Part shown: piece by piece, positions 9,227-18,438 of the stretch
How the letters are laid out: every line of letters starts with the position of its first letter
Numbering within the stretch: position 1 is the first letter of the stretch
DNA from: Longimicrobiales bacterium
Lineage (GTDB): Bacteria; Gemmatimonadota; Gemmatimonadetes; Longimicrobiales; Gaopeijiaceae
Assembly: GCA_965238005.1 (NCBI GenBank)
Contig: OZ250165.1
Location: 2,272,001-2,336,000, forward strand
Direction of reading: 5' to 3'
DNA length: 64,000 nt
Program-made: the position numbers and the translations under genes
The notes under the pieces: model-generated
Told to the model about the DNA's origin: nothing
The model's database searches: none
The model's input: only the letters and a program-made list of their open reading frames with translations

Positions 9227-9925
9227 ATGCCACACCCGAGAACAATCTACTTCCTACTCCTAGGAGCGTTTCTGCTCGATTCCGGCCCGGCCACCGCCCA
9301 GGACATTCCGTCGTCCTACCGCTTCGTCGAGAACTCCCAGGAGGGAGGCCTCTTCATCGGAACTGCGAGCCTCAATGCAGGTCAGCTCGGCCTGGGGCCG
9401 AAGTCGGCGAACGTCTTCGGAGGCCGCTACTCCGTCATGTTCGGCGGTGCTTTCGCCTTCGAGGGCGACGCTACCGTCTTCAAGGGCGAGCGGGACGTGA
9501 TCGACATCCGCCGGAGCGAGGATGATCGGGTTCTCGGGCAATCCACCATCGACCTCGTCGCCATCGACGCCCGCTTCAGGCTCAACCTGACGGGCCACCG
9601 AATCTGGCGGGGCTTGCAGCCCTTCATCGCCTTCGGGGGTGGGATGGCCTGGGGTAGCGATCTGGAGCGCACCCTGGAGGATGAAGTCGACATGCCGCTC
9701 CTGGACCGGTACGATTTCGGAAGAAAGTTCTTTGCGACTCTTTCGGGAGGCACGAACCTCCACCTCTCATCTCGCTTCATGCTGCGGCTGGATGGCGTAA
9801 TGAATCTCTTGAAGATCAGCACGCCGACGGGATGGCTCACCACCGATGCCGATCTGGGAGCGATTCCAGAGGACGAATGGGTATCGGCGCGAAACCTCTC
9901 CATCGGAGCCAGTTGGCGCTTCTGA
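9227..9925 (+). CDS. Outer-membrane beta-barrel protein
   Basis: Signal peptide (ATA|Q), amphipathic strands, C-terminal SIGASWRF. Confidence 0.75.
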   Translation: MPHPRTIYFLLLGAFLLDSGPATAQDIPSSYRFVENSQEGGLFIGTASLNAGQLGLGPKSANVFGGRYSVMFGGAFAFEGDATVFKGERDVIDIRRSEDDRVLGQSTIDLVAIDARFRLNLTGHRIWRGLQPFIAFGGGMAWGSDLERTLEDEVDMPLLDRYDFGRKFFATLSGGTNLHLSSRFMLRLDGVMNLLKISTPTGWLTTDADLGAIPEDEWVSARNLSIGASWRF

Positions 9926-9926
9926 G

Positions 9927-11240
9927 GTGACAGACTTCGAGTTCAGGGCTGCCGATTGGCTCTCAGTCGGGGAGGCTTTGCAGCGAATCCTGGCTGCGGT
10001 CTCACCCCTCGACGTGGAAAGGGTGCCACTGCGAGGCGCTCTTGGGCGCGCTCTGGCGTCGGACATCACCGCCCCTACCCAGCAACCGCCGTGGGAGAGC
10101 AGCGCCATGGACGGCTACGCCGTCCGCGGTGAGGACGTGGCCGGTGCCAACCCTGACGGACCCGTCGAGCTCACCGTAGTAGGTGCGGTGCTTCCGGCCA
10201 CGCGCTTCGACGGGAAGGTGGCTCCGGGCCAGGCCGTGCGGATCATGACAGGCGGATCCGTACCCGCCGGTGCGGATACCATCATTCGCGTGGAGGACAC
10301 CGATCGCGAGCAAGGGGAGCCGGGTCGGATCGTCATCCACTCGGACCGTGATCGGGGACGACATGTGCGGCCAGCCGCGGAGGATTGGGGTCGGGGTGAC
10401 GTTGCACTGAGGGCGGGCACGGGCATTGGTCCGGGTCAGATCGGTGTTCTCGCCAGTGCCCACGTCGCGAACGTACCCGTGCACCGAAAGCCGGTCGTGG
10501 CCATCCTCGCCAGCGGCGACGAGCTTCAGGACGTTGAGATCGCGCCTCCCGGCCCCGACCGAATCCCTGAGAGCAACAGTCATGTCGTCGCCTCTGCCGT
10601 CCACCTGGCCGGCGGTACACCATTGCGACTGGGGATCGCCAAGGACGACCCTGACGACATTCGCGCGCACCTCGAAAAGGCCGGAGAGGCGGATGTTCTG
10701 GTGACGCTCGGCGGAGCGTCGATGGGAGAGGGGGACCTCTTCAAGAGGGTTCTCGACGACGCAGGCTTTCGGTTGGACTTCTGGCGGGTGAAGATCCGGC
10801 CGGGGACCCCGACGAGCTTCGGCCACCTGCCCCGGGAGGGCGGTCCGGACCAGGCCATCTTCGGCCTACCCGGGAACCCGGCTTCGACCTTCGTGACCTT
10901 CGAGATCCTGGTGCGTCCGTTCCTTCTGGCGTTGGCCGGATACACACGCGTTCATAGGACCGTGATAACGGCTCGCGCCGGTGATGACCTTCGCGCTCCC
11001 AAAGCAATCACCGCCTTCCTGCGAGTGACACTGAGTCACACGGCGAACGTCACGGAAGCGTCCCTCACGGGCCCTCAGGGCTCCGGCCTGGTCAGTAGTC
11101 TGGCGACTGCGGACGGGCTGGCGGTGGTCCCGGAAGGGGTCCAAACCGTCGCCGAGGGCTCGCCCGTCGACGTCATCCTCCTCGATGACACACCCGGGCT
11201 CTCCACCGGAACCCCCTGGCTCGGGCCGGCCCGGCCGTGA
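9927..11240 (+). CDS. moeA: Molybdopterin molybdotransferase MoeA (gephyrin-like)
   Basis: SAMDGYAV, RIMTG, SGDEL, GGASMG, FGLPGNPAS motifs; GTG start chosen just after the upstream stop. Confidence 0.95.
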   Translation: MTDFEFRAADWLSVGEALQRILAAVSPLDVERVPLRGALGRALASDITAPTQQPPWESSAMDGYAVRGEDVAGANPDGPVELTVVGAVLPATRFDGKVAPGQAVRIMTGGSVPAGADTIIRVEDTDREQGEPGRIVIHSDRDRGRHVRPAAEDWGRGDVALRAGTGIGPGQIGVLASAHVANVPVHRKPVVAILASGDELQDVEIAPPGPDRIPESNSHVVASAVHLAGGTPLRLGIAKDDPDDIRAHLEKAGEADVLVTLGGASMGEGDLFKRVLDDAGFRLDFWRVKIRPGTPTSFGHLPREGGPDQAIFGLPGNPASTFVTFEILVRPFLLALAGYTRVHRTVITARAGDDLRAPKAITAFLRVTLSHTANVTEASLTGPQGSGLVSSLATADGLAVVPEGVQTVAEGSPVDVILLDDTPGLSTGTPWLGPARP

Positions 11241-11692
11241 GATCGCGGGTCGCCGCCCGAGCGTCCGCACTCCTCTGCCTGGTCGGTGCGGCCGCCTGCA
11301 GCGTCTCGCGTTGGCCGGTTGAGGGACCCCTCGGGGCACCCTTCGGCGTACGCTGGGACGGCGCTCTCCCCGATCTCCATCGAGGCGTGGACATCCTGGT
11401 GCCGACCGGGACGCCGGTGGCTGCGATGTCCGACGGAAGGGTCCGCTTCGCCGGAACCATGGAGGCCTTCGGTGTCGTGGTCTGGCTCGACCACGGCGAC
11501 GACGTCCTGACCGTCTACGCCCACCTCTCCGAGCTTCGGGTCGAGACCGGGGGGCAGTTGGCCAAAGGCGAGATCATCGGGCTGAGCGGAAGCTCAGGAA
11601 ACGCCACCGGACCACATCTCCACTTCGAGATTTGGCGACGCGGGCTGCAGATCGACCCCGTGAGCATGCTGGGCGGCCCTCCAGGGCCGTGA
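11237..11692 (+). CDS. M23-family metallopeptidase lipoprotein
   Basis: HRGVD, YAHL, TGPHLHFE motifs; AAC lipobox. Confidence 0.92.
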   Translation: MRSRVAARASALLCLVGAAACSVSRWPVEGPLGAPFGVRWDGALPDLHRGVDILVPTGTPVAAMSDGRVRFAGTMEAFGVVVWLDHGDDVLTVYAHLSELRVETGGQLAKGEIIGLSGSSGNATGPHLHFEIWRRGLQIDPVSMLGGPPGP

Positions 11693-11711
11693 CACGACGC
11701 CTCTCGGTGAC

Positions 11712-12698
11712 CTATCCTTCTGCCAGCAGGGCCTCGATCTCCTGAGTGAGTCGCGGCAACACCTCGAAGGCGTCGCCCACGATGCCGTAATCGGCAACCC
11801 CGAAGATCGGGGCATCGGCGTCCTTGTTCACCGCCACGATGGTCTGAGACGTCCTCATCCCGGCGAGGTGCTGAATGGCCCCCGATATGCCGACGGCGAA
11901 GTAGAGCATGGGAGCCACGGTCTTTCCTGTCTGGCCCAACTGCTCCGAGTGGGGCCTCCAACCCGCATCCACAACCGCTCGGGACGCGCCCAAGGCGGTC
12001 CCGGGACCGAGAGCGTCGCGAAGGTCCTCCAAGAGCGACCAATGCTCCGGATCCTTCATGCCGCGACCCCCGGAGACGATGATGCTCGCCTCGGACACGT
12101 CCACCGATCCAGCCTCGGCGGTCTCGAACCCCACCCTGCGCATGCCAACATCCGCCGGGATGGTCGGGCTCAAGGCTTCTACCGCGCCGGCCGCCCTGAT
12201 CTCCTCGGCACCGAACGAGTTGGGTCGAAGCGACATGACGGCCGGAGAGGCCTGGAATCTGACCCGGGCCAGGGCCTTTCCTGCGTAAATGGGCCGAGCT
12301 GCAACGAGCTCGCCCCCGTCCACTTCCAGGCGTGTGATGTCCGACGCCAGGGGAGTGTCTAGCAATGCCGCCACACGGGGCGCCAGATCCTTGCCCTGAG
12401 CCGTGGCTGGAAAGAGGATCGCGTCGTAATCGCCAGATCGGGCGACCTCGGCTACGACCGGCGCGTAGGTCGCAGGGGAGTACTCGGCCAACGCATCGTC
12501 TTCGGCTACTCGAATGCTCGCGGCCCCGTAGACTCCAAGTCCATCCGCCGCATCTCCCACACCCGGGCCCCCAAGGACCAGGGCATGTGCCGAGCCACCC
12601 AGCTCGGCCGCCGTGCCCGCGGCCGCGGACAGCACTTCATGGGCCGCCGCCCTCACCTGGCCGGCCCTCTGTTCTGCAAAGGCGAGAATGTCGCCCAT
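11712..12698 (-). CDS. etfA: Electron transfer flavoprotein alpha subunit
   Basis: IIVSGGRG, GASRAVVDAGW, GQTGKTV, GISGAIQHLAGM. Confidence 0.97.
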   Translation of the reverse strand: MGDILAFAEQRAGQVRAAAHEVLSAAAGTAAELGGSAHALVLGGPGVGDAADGLGVYGAASIRVAEDDALAEYSPATYAPVVAEVARSGDYDAILFPATAQGKDLAPRVAALLDTPLASDITRLEVDGGELVAARPIYAGKALARVRFQASPAVMSLRPNSFGAEEIRAAGAVEALSPTIPADVGMRRVGFETAEAGSVDVSEASIIVSGGRGMKDPEHWSLLEDLRDALGPGTALGASRAVVDAGWRPHSEQLGQTGKTVAPMLYFAVGISGAIQHLAGMRTSQTIVAVNKDADAPIFGVADYGIVGDAFEVLPRLTQEIEALLAEG

Positions 12699-12747
12699 TC
12701 TAATCTCCGATGTTTGTCAGTCTGAGAGTCCGGTTGGTCTCGCCTAG

Positions 12748-12776
12748 AAGCTGTTGAAGAAGTACGGCGCAGCCTT
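12748..12776. repeat. Collapsed remnant of a MITE-like element with (a)gctgttgaagaagt end
   Basis: Lies between CTAG (12744-12747) and TTAG (12777-12780); same end motif at 25803 and 62081. Confidence 0.55.
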
Positions 12777-12780
12777 TTAG

Positions 12781-12899
12781 TGTGGTGTCCCAGAAGTGTC
12801 TCGGCCATTGATCTCGCTGCGCTCGATCCTCTCGCGGTCAACTCGGCGCTCACGACGTGCATGAAGGTCGCTCGGCTCGCGAACTTCTGGGACACCACA
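12781..12899. mobile_element. MITE-like element copy A (119 bp) with perfect 17-bp TIR
   Basis: tgtggtgtcccagaagt ... acttctgggacaccaca, flanked by TTAG/CTAG; near-identical to the ends of 41356-41627. Confidence 0.88.
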
Positions 12900-13649
12900 C
12901 TAGAGCACGTTGGCCTCTTCCCGAAGGAGCCGAACCAGTTCGGGCACAGCGTCGGCGCCTTCACCCACGATGCGACCCTCGGCCCGGGCCGGGGGATACT
13001 CCAAGCGCTCCACGGTGAGGCGGCTTTCCGCCACCAGGGCTTCTTTCTGCTCCAGAGGCTTCTTCTTCGCCGCCATGATCCCCTTCAGAGAGGCATAGCG
13101 CAGCTCGAACCCACTCTTCGTGATGGATATCACCGCCGGAAGCTCTAGCTCGACCACCTCGATTCCGCCCTCCACCTCCCGGTGACACCGCACCGCCCCG
13201 TCGGCCAGCGCGAAGCTCGTCACGTTGGAGGCACAGGGACGGCCGAGGAGAATCGCGACCATGGGACCCACCTGCTGCTGGTCGTCGTCGACCGCCTTCA
13301 CCCCGAAGAGAATGCGCGGGGCATCCCGCCCCTCGAGCTCGGCAGTCAGGGCCTTCGCCGTGGCCAGCCCGTCCATGGTGACGGTCCCCGTGAGGAGGAC
13401 CGCGGCATCGGCGCCCACGGCCAGACCGGCCCGCAGCGTCTCCTGAGCACTGTCGTCGCCGAGGGTCAGCAGGGTGACTTCGCCTTCATCCCGCTCCTCC
13501 TTCGTGCGAAGAGCCGCCTCGAGAGCGAACTCGTCGTACGGGCTCATGACGTACTTCACGCCGCCGGGATCGATGTCCTTCTCGCCATCGGCGAGGCGGA
13601 CTCGTGTCTCGGTGTCCGGGACGCGCTTTATGCACACGATGATATTCAA
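12900..13649 (-). CDS. etfB: Electron transfer flavoprotein beta subunit
   Basis: IIVCIKRVPDT, PYDEFALEAAL, RYASLKGIMAAKKKP; TTG start. Confidence 0.97.
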   Translation of the reverse strand: MNIIVCIKRVPDTETRVRLADGEKDIDPGGVKYVMSPYDEFALEAALRTKEERDEGEVTLLTLGDDSAQETLRAGLAVGADAAVLLTGTVTMDGLATAKALTAELEGRDAPRILFGVKAVDDDQQQVGPMVAILLGRPCASNVTSFALADGAVRCHREVEGGIEVVELELPAVISITKSGFELRYASLKGIMAAKKKPLEQKEALVAESRLTVERLEYPPARAEGRIVGEGADAVPELVRLLREEANVL

Positions 13650-13675
13650 GCTAGTCTACTCCGATTCGTTGCCGT

Positions 13676-14362
13676 TCAACGATTTGGCTCGCTAAACTTA
13701 CTTTCCCGAAATAGGCGTCCTCCGCGCCGGCTTCGAGACACCGACGCATTGCCCAGGACGTAGAAGCGGAGCGGCCATTCTTTTGCTCGGCTGATCCCGA
13801 TTCGTGGCGATACGCCAATGGAGGAGGGCGCCACCGGCCATCCCGCCAGGAGCCTCAGAGGCGGAGCTGAGAGGTCGTGTCCGTCTAGTGCTCCTGTCAC
13901 GCCGAGCGCCTGACTGACCCGCCCCGGACCGGACCCCAGATCCCGCGATCGGCCTCGCCGGTCGGACATGACATCCAACCCATCCACGGGGTCCACGGCC
14001 CGGATGAGGACTGCGCACGGGTCGTCCTCACCTCCGGCGACCACGTTCAGACACCAGTGGATCCCGTAGCTGAGATACACGTAGGCCAGGCCGGGCGGGC
14101 CGAACATGGTGGCGTTGCGGCGGGTCCGGCCGATCCTGGCTGCCGCGTGAGAGGCCGGATCGGATCGGCCGAGGTACGCCTCGACCTCGACGATGACTCC
14201 CTCCGCCCTCCGCCCATCCACGGCAGAGACCAACCGGGTACCGAGGAGATCGGGGGCCACCTCCTGGGCGGGGCGGGCGAAAAAGCCCTCGTCCAGGGCC
14301 TCCGGAGACGGTGGGCCCGCCCACCACCCCGGGGGCGTCACGCTCACCGACCCACTCCTCAT
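13676..14362 (-). CDS. mpg: DNA-3-methyladenine glycosylase (MPG/AAG type)
   Basis: IVEVEAY, DPASH, MFGPPG.AYVY..YG.H.CLN, GPGR, PRIGI motifs. Confidence 0.93.
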   Translation of the reverse strand: MRSGSVSVTPPGWWAGPPSPEALDEGFFARPAQEVAPDLLGTRLVSAVDGRRAEGVIVEVEAYLGRSDPASHAAARIGRTRRNATMFGPPGLAYVYLSYGIHWCLNVVAGGEDDPCAVLIRAVDPVDGLDVMSDRRGRSRDLGSGPGRVSQALGVTGALDGHDLSAPPLRLLAGWPVAPSSIGVSPRIGISRAKEWPLRFYVLGNASVSRSRRGGRLFRESKFSEPNR

Positions 14363-14374
14363 CCAATCTTTCCG

Positions 14375-16351
14375 TCAGCTCTTCTCTTGGTCGGACCCGG
14401 GAGACTGTCGCCTGGAGCCTCGGCGAGTCCTCCTCGCCCCCCCGCGACCGCGCGGCACGGCCCTGGAGGAGGACGGCTCTTCGCCCAGCCGGCCTCTTTC
14501 GCTCCTGGGGTCGCTCTGCCTCTCTGCGGGGCGGTGCTCTCCCGAGGGCTGACGCCCTTCCTTGGGCTCGCGTTCCTCCCGCTGCTGGCGCTCCGACCTG
14601 GGCTGGAGCCCTGTCTTGGGCCAGCGCCCCCCTTTCGGACCACGCTCGTCAGGCTGGTCGGCCTCGGGATTGGGCGTCGAGGCGGATGCCTCCTCTCGCC
14701 GCCGAGTCCCCTCGGTCCGGCGCGAGTAGTCCGTCCGCCACTCCGCCAAGACCTGCTCGGCGCGCCGTGGTACGACCTCGCTTACACGATACGGCGCATT
14801 CTGGAAGACCTCGAAGAGAGCTTTACCGAACGCCTCCACGAGAGCCTCCGCCGTCTTCTTGCCCACGCCCTTGTAGGAGTTCGTGAGGTAGCTGATCATG
14901 GCCTCGCTTCCGGCGGGCAGACCCAAGCCGCCCACCTGGACCGCATCCTCCTCAGAGGCTCTTGAACGTCCCTTCGTGCTCTGGCCGACCACCTGCCCCT
15001 CGAAGAGGACAGGATCGCCCGAATCGCGCCGCCGCCCCGACCCCCCTCTGGGCCCCAGGCGACCCGAAGATCCCTGGTCGGTTGTGCCGTGAGGTTCAGC
15101 CGAACTCCGAGCCTCCGCGGTGCCCGGAGAGTCGATAGCCTCCTCGGACCCCTCCTCTTGCCCCGGGTCGGAGCCGGCGTCGTCCTCCGTGAGGGAGACT
15201 TGGTAGTTGCCGGTGTGGGTCCTGTCGAGATAGACCACCCCATGCTCCTCGGCCTGCTGGAGAAACCGGCTGAACTTCCCGAAGCCGAGCTCGGCCTCGT
15301 CGAAGCTCGAGTCACGCTCGAGCATCTTTCGCTTGACGTCGGAATCCCGGACCGATTCCCTGCCCCTTTCCTTGAGGGCGCGGAGGCACACCAGCATCAG
15401 CTCGTAGGCGCTACGGAGCGGATCGGCGCCGTCCTCGTCCAAAGACCCCGACCGCTCTTCGATCTCCTCCGACCGCTCGGGCCTCCCCGAGCGTGGCTTC
15501 TCGGATCTCACCCTCCGGGAAGAGGTGGAACCCCTGCCCTTGCGGTCGCGATCGCCGTTATCCGACGCCGCGCTCCCCCCCTTGCGGGCGACCTTCACCT
15601 CGTATTGACCGTTCTCCAGCTTGTGGAGCTTGACGATGCCGCGGGATGACGCCTCGGCCAAGAACTTGGAGAACTTACTGAACCCGTAGCTCCCCTCGTC
15701 AAAGTTGCCGTCGATCTCGATCATCACCTGCTTGAGGCGATCCGACCGCATGATGTCATTCCGCTTGGTCATGCGGGTCAGGGCATCTGCCACCAGCTCC
15801 CACGGATCCGTGGGCTTGCCGACGCTGTCCGTGGTCTGCCGCAGGCCGGTGAGGCTCGTGTACGAGTAGTACTCGTCACAGTTCTGCACGAGGATGTCGG
15901 AGCTGGACTCCTGGATCCCTACGCCGATGACGTACTTCCCGTACTCCTTGAGCTTGAGAACCAGGCTCGAGAAGTCGGAGTCGCCGGTCAGGAGGATGAA
16001 GGTCCCGATCTCGGGGCGAATGAAGACCAGCTCCACTCCGTCGATGGCCATCCGGATGTCGGTGGCGTTCTTCTTCGAGCTCCCGTAGGCGGGGGCGAAG
16101 ATGAGGTCGACGGAAGCTTCGGAGAGTGGGACGATGTACTGTGGGTAGCGACGCCAGTCGGCATAGGCCCGCTGAACGGTGACCTTACCCCGAATGATGT
16201 CCGACTGGAGGAGGCTCTTCAGCTCCTTGGAAAGGTCACTTCGCATCCCCATCGTGACGTTGTCGAAGTCGATGAGGAGGGCCGCGTTGGGGGCATCGGC
16301 CAATGCCTTGCTGGGCCCCTCCACACGAGGGGCCTGGGAATACGGTTTCAT
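14375..16351 (-). CDS. NYN (LabA/DUF88) nuclease-domain protein with two OST-HTH/LOTUS domains and a C-terminal HhH-like segment
   Basis: LIDFDN, AYADW, KNATD, GDSDF (NYN); FDEGSYGFSKFSKFL and FDEAELGFGKFSRFL (LOTUS signature); KGVGKKTAEALVEAFG; AAGGA SD before ATG 16351. Confidence 0.88.
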   Translation of the reverse strand: MKPYSQAPRVEGPSKALADAPNAALLIDFDNVTMGMRSDLSKELKSLLQSDIIRGKVTVQRAYADWRRYPQYIVPLSEASVDLIFAPAYGSSKKNATDIRMAIDGVELVFIRPEIGTFILLTGDSDFSSLVLKLKEYGKYVIGVGIQESSSDILVQNCDEYYSYTSLTGLRQTTDSVGKPTDPWELVADALTRMTKRNDIMRSDRLKQVMIEIDGNFDEGSYGFSKFSKFLAEASSRGIVKLHKLENGQYEVKVARKGGSAASDNGDRDRKGRGSTSSRRVRSEKPRSGRPERSEEIEERSGSLDEDGADPLRSAYELMLVCLRALKERGRESVRDSDVKRKMLERDSSFDEAELGFGKFSRFLQQAEEHGVVYLDRTHTGNYQVSLTEDDAGSDPGQEEGSEEAIDSPGTAEARSSAEPHGTTDQGSSGRLGPRGGSGRRRDSGDPVLFEGQVVGQSTKGRSRASEEDAVQVGGLGLPAGSEAMISYLTNSYKGVGKKTAEALVEAFGKALFEVFQNAPYRVSEVVPRRAEQVLAEWRTDYSRRTEGTRRREEASASTPNPEADQPDERGPKGGRWPKTGLQPRSERQQREEREPKEGRQPSGEHRPAERQSDPRSERGRLGEEPSSSRAVPRGRGGARRTRRGSRRQSPGSDQEKS

Positions 16352-16487
16352 TGATTCCTTCTCGCGATTTGAGTATGCCGGCTGCACTCGCGAGACCTCC
16401 CCACCCGTGCCAGGTCATCGTGCCTCGATGGGCAGTCGAATCTGGTAGGGGAAGGGGGGGCCAGGTATCAGAGTGCCCGGCAGTCCT

Positions 16488-18086
16488 TCATGTCCTGTAG
16501 CGCTCGTGCGTCGCCCGAACCCTGCGTGAGAGCTCCACTCGTCGGACCTGTCCAGTGCCCGTCAACGGAAACTCGTCCACAAAGTGGACGAGGTCGGGAA
16601 CCTTGTAGTCCGCGAGCGTGACCGCACACCAGTCGATGATCTCCTGACCGGTGACGATGGCACCCTCGTCGGGAACGACGCACGCGCAGATGGCCTCTCC
16701 CAGAACATCATCTGAGACCCCGGCCACCACGGCCTCACGTACCGCCGGGTGTGAGTGAAGTCGATCCTCAACTTCCCGGGGGTAAACGTTGTAACCACCG
16801 CGGATTATAACCTCTTTCTGCCGCCCGACCAAATGGACGAACCCGTCCTCGTCGATAATACCGAGGTCGCCGGTCAGGAAGAACCCGTCGGGGTCGAGAG
16901 AGTTGGATGTCTCCCTGGGCTGCCTGTAGTAGCCGTGCATGACGCCGGGTCCGCGCACTCCGATCTCGCCGACGCTCTCCACGGGAAGCTCTCCGCCGTC
17001 CGGATCGAGGATCTTCACCTTGGTGCCCTCGATGGGGCGTCCGACCGTGAAGAGACGCTTCGACGGCGGGTCTTCCTGCCGGGTGATGCAGACCGTCGAG
17101 GAGGCCTCGGTGAGGGAGTAGGCGATGAGCAGATCCGGACAGAGATGCTCCGTCACAGCCCGAACGAGGTCGTCCGAGACGGGTGCTCCCGCCACCAGAC
17201 CCACCCTGAGCGAGGAGAGGTCGCGGGGTTGCGACTTCTGCTCGTGGAGCTCGGTCACGAAGAGTGTGGGCACACCATGATGGACGGTGGCCCTGTGACG
17301 CTCGATATGGTCCAGGGTGCCCGCGCCCTCGAAGTCATCCTGGAGGACCAGCGCCGACCCGGAGACGAGGGACCCCAAGATCCCCGGGCCAAGGCCGAAT
17401 ACGTGGAAGACCGCCGTGACCCCTACCACTCGGTCGCTCGAGCTCAAGCCCAGCACCTTGGCCGTGCTTTCAGCCACGCCCAGGACGTTGGCGTGCGTCA
17501 GCTCGACGCCCTTGGGCTTGCCGGTGGTCCCCGACGTATACACGATGGCGAACAGGTCCTCGCTCGGGTCCACGGACTGGGCCGAGTAGTCCCGACCGCG
17601 CCCCGCCGACAGAAGATCCTCGAACTGGAAGATCCGATCGTCGTACCAGAGATCCTCCTCGCCCACCGTGATCATGTACTGAAGATCCGGGAGCTGTACC
17701 AAGAGGTCTTCGAAGAGCTCAAGGAAGTCGACACCCTCCAGCGTCTCGGCCGTAATGGCCGCCACCGTCTCGGAGTGTCTCAGGGTGTACTGGAGGTCTG
17801 GGCCGGTGAGCCGTGGATTCAGCGGCACCAGAACGGCTCCGAGCTTGGCCACGGCGAACATGGAGACGACGAACTCCGGCCAGGGGGGCATGACGACTGC
17901 GACGCGGTCCCCGGCCTCGATTCCGAGTCCGGCGAGAGAAGCGGCCAGGGCCTCAGCCCTGCTCTCCATCTGGCCGAACGTGACCTCGTCGTCCTCCAGG
18001 ACCAAGAACACCTCCTCGGGATCCGACGTCGCCCTTGCCGAAAGGACGGCAGCCACGCCCTGGCCCGTGACGCGCCCCAGCTCCAT
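16488..18086 (-). CDS. Class I adenylate-forming enzyme (long-chain acyl-CoA ligase-like)
   Basis: YTSGTTGKPKGV, YSLTEAS, TGDLG, RGGYNVYPREVE; GGGAG before ATG 18086. Confidence 0.92.
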   Translation of the reverse strand: MELGRVTGQGVAAVLSARATSDPEEVFLVLEDDEVTFGQMESRAEALAASLAGLGIEAGDRVAVVMPPWPEFVVSMFAVAKLGAVLVPLNPRLTGPDLQYTLRHSETVAAITAETLEGVDFLELFEDLLVQLPDLQYMITVGEEDLWYDDRIFQFEDLLSAGRGRDYSAQSVDPSEDLFAIVYTSGTTGKPKGVELTHANVLGVAESTAKVLGLSSSDRVVGVTAVFHVFGLGPGILGSLVSGSALVLQDDFEGAGTLDHIERHRATVHHGVPTLFVTELHEQKSQPRDLSSLRVGLVAGAPVSDDLVRAVTEHLCPDLLIAYSLTEASSTVCITRQEDPPSKRLFTVGRPIEGTKVKILDPDGGELPVESVGEIGVRGPGVMHGYYRQPRETSNSLDPDGFFLTGDLGIIDEDGFVHLVGRQKEVIIRGGYNVYPREVEDRLHSHPAVREAVVAGVSDDVLGEAICACVVPDEGAIVTGQEIIDWCAVTLADYKVPDLVHFVDEFPLTGTGQVRRVELSRRVRATHERYRT

Positions 18087-18117
18087 TTCAGCTCCCTCTG
18101 AGAGTTCCACGACTTAG

Positions 18118-18425
18118 AGGCCTGTGGAAGGAGTACAGCGGGTCGCGTTAGGAGCGCCGAGGGTCCAGCGCGTAGGCGGCGCGACGACGCGATGCTGAAG
18201 TATCGGGGAGGAGCGCCAACACCCGGGGCACCGCGCGGAGCGTGGTCGGGCCCTCGCCGCCCTAACCCGAAGGGCACAGGGGGGCTGCGGTCTCATAGGT
18301 CGTCTCTCCTCCTCGCCGTAGCCCTGCTACGACTCGTCGTCGTTCCTACTCTGAGCCTCGCAAGACCGGGGCACCCGCGCCGAAGGCGTGGGTCGCGCGA
18401 CCCACTGCACTCCTGCCACAGGCCT
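18118..18425. mobile_element. MITE-like element (about 308 bp) with aggcctgtgg(a/c)aggagt TIR
   Basis: aggcctgtggaaggagt ... actcctgccacaggcct (16/17 inverted match); TTAG left flank; internal ggcaccgcgcg.agcgtggtcg and gacgacgcg shared with the other elements. Confidence 0.8.
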
Positions 18426-18438
18426 CTCATCCTTCGCA

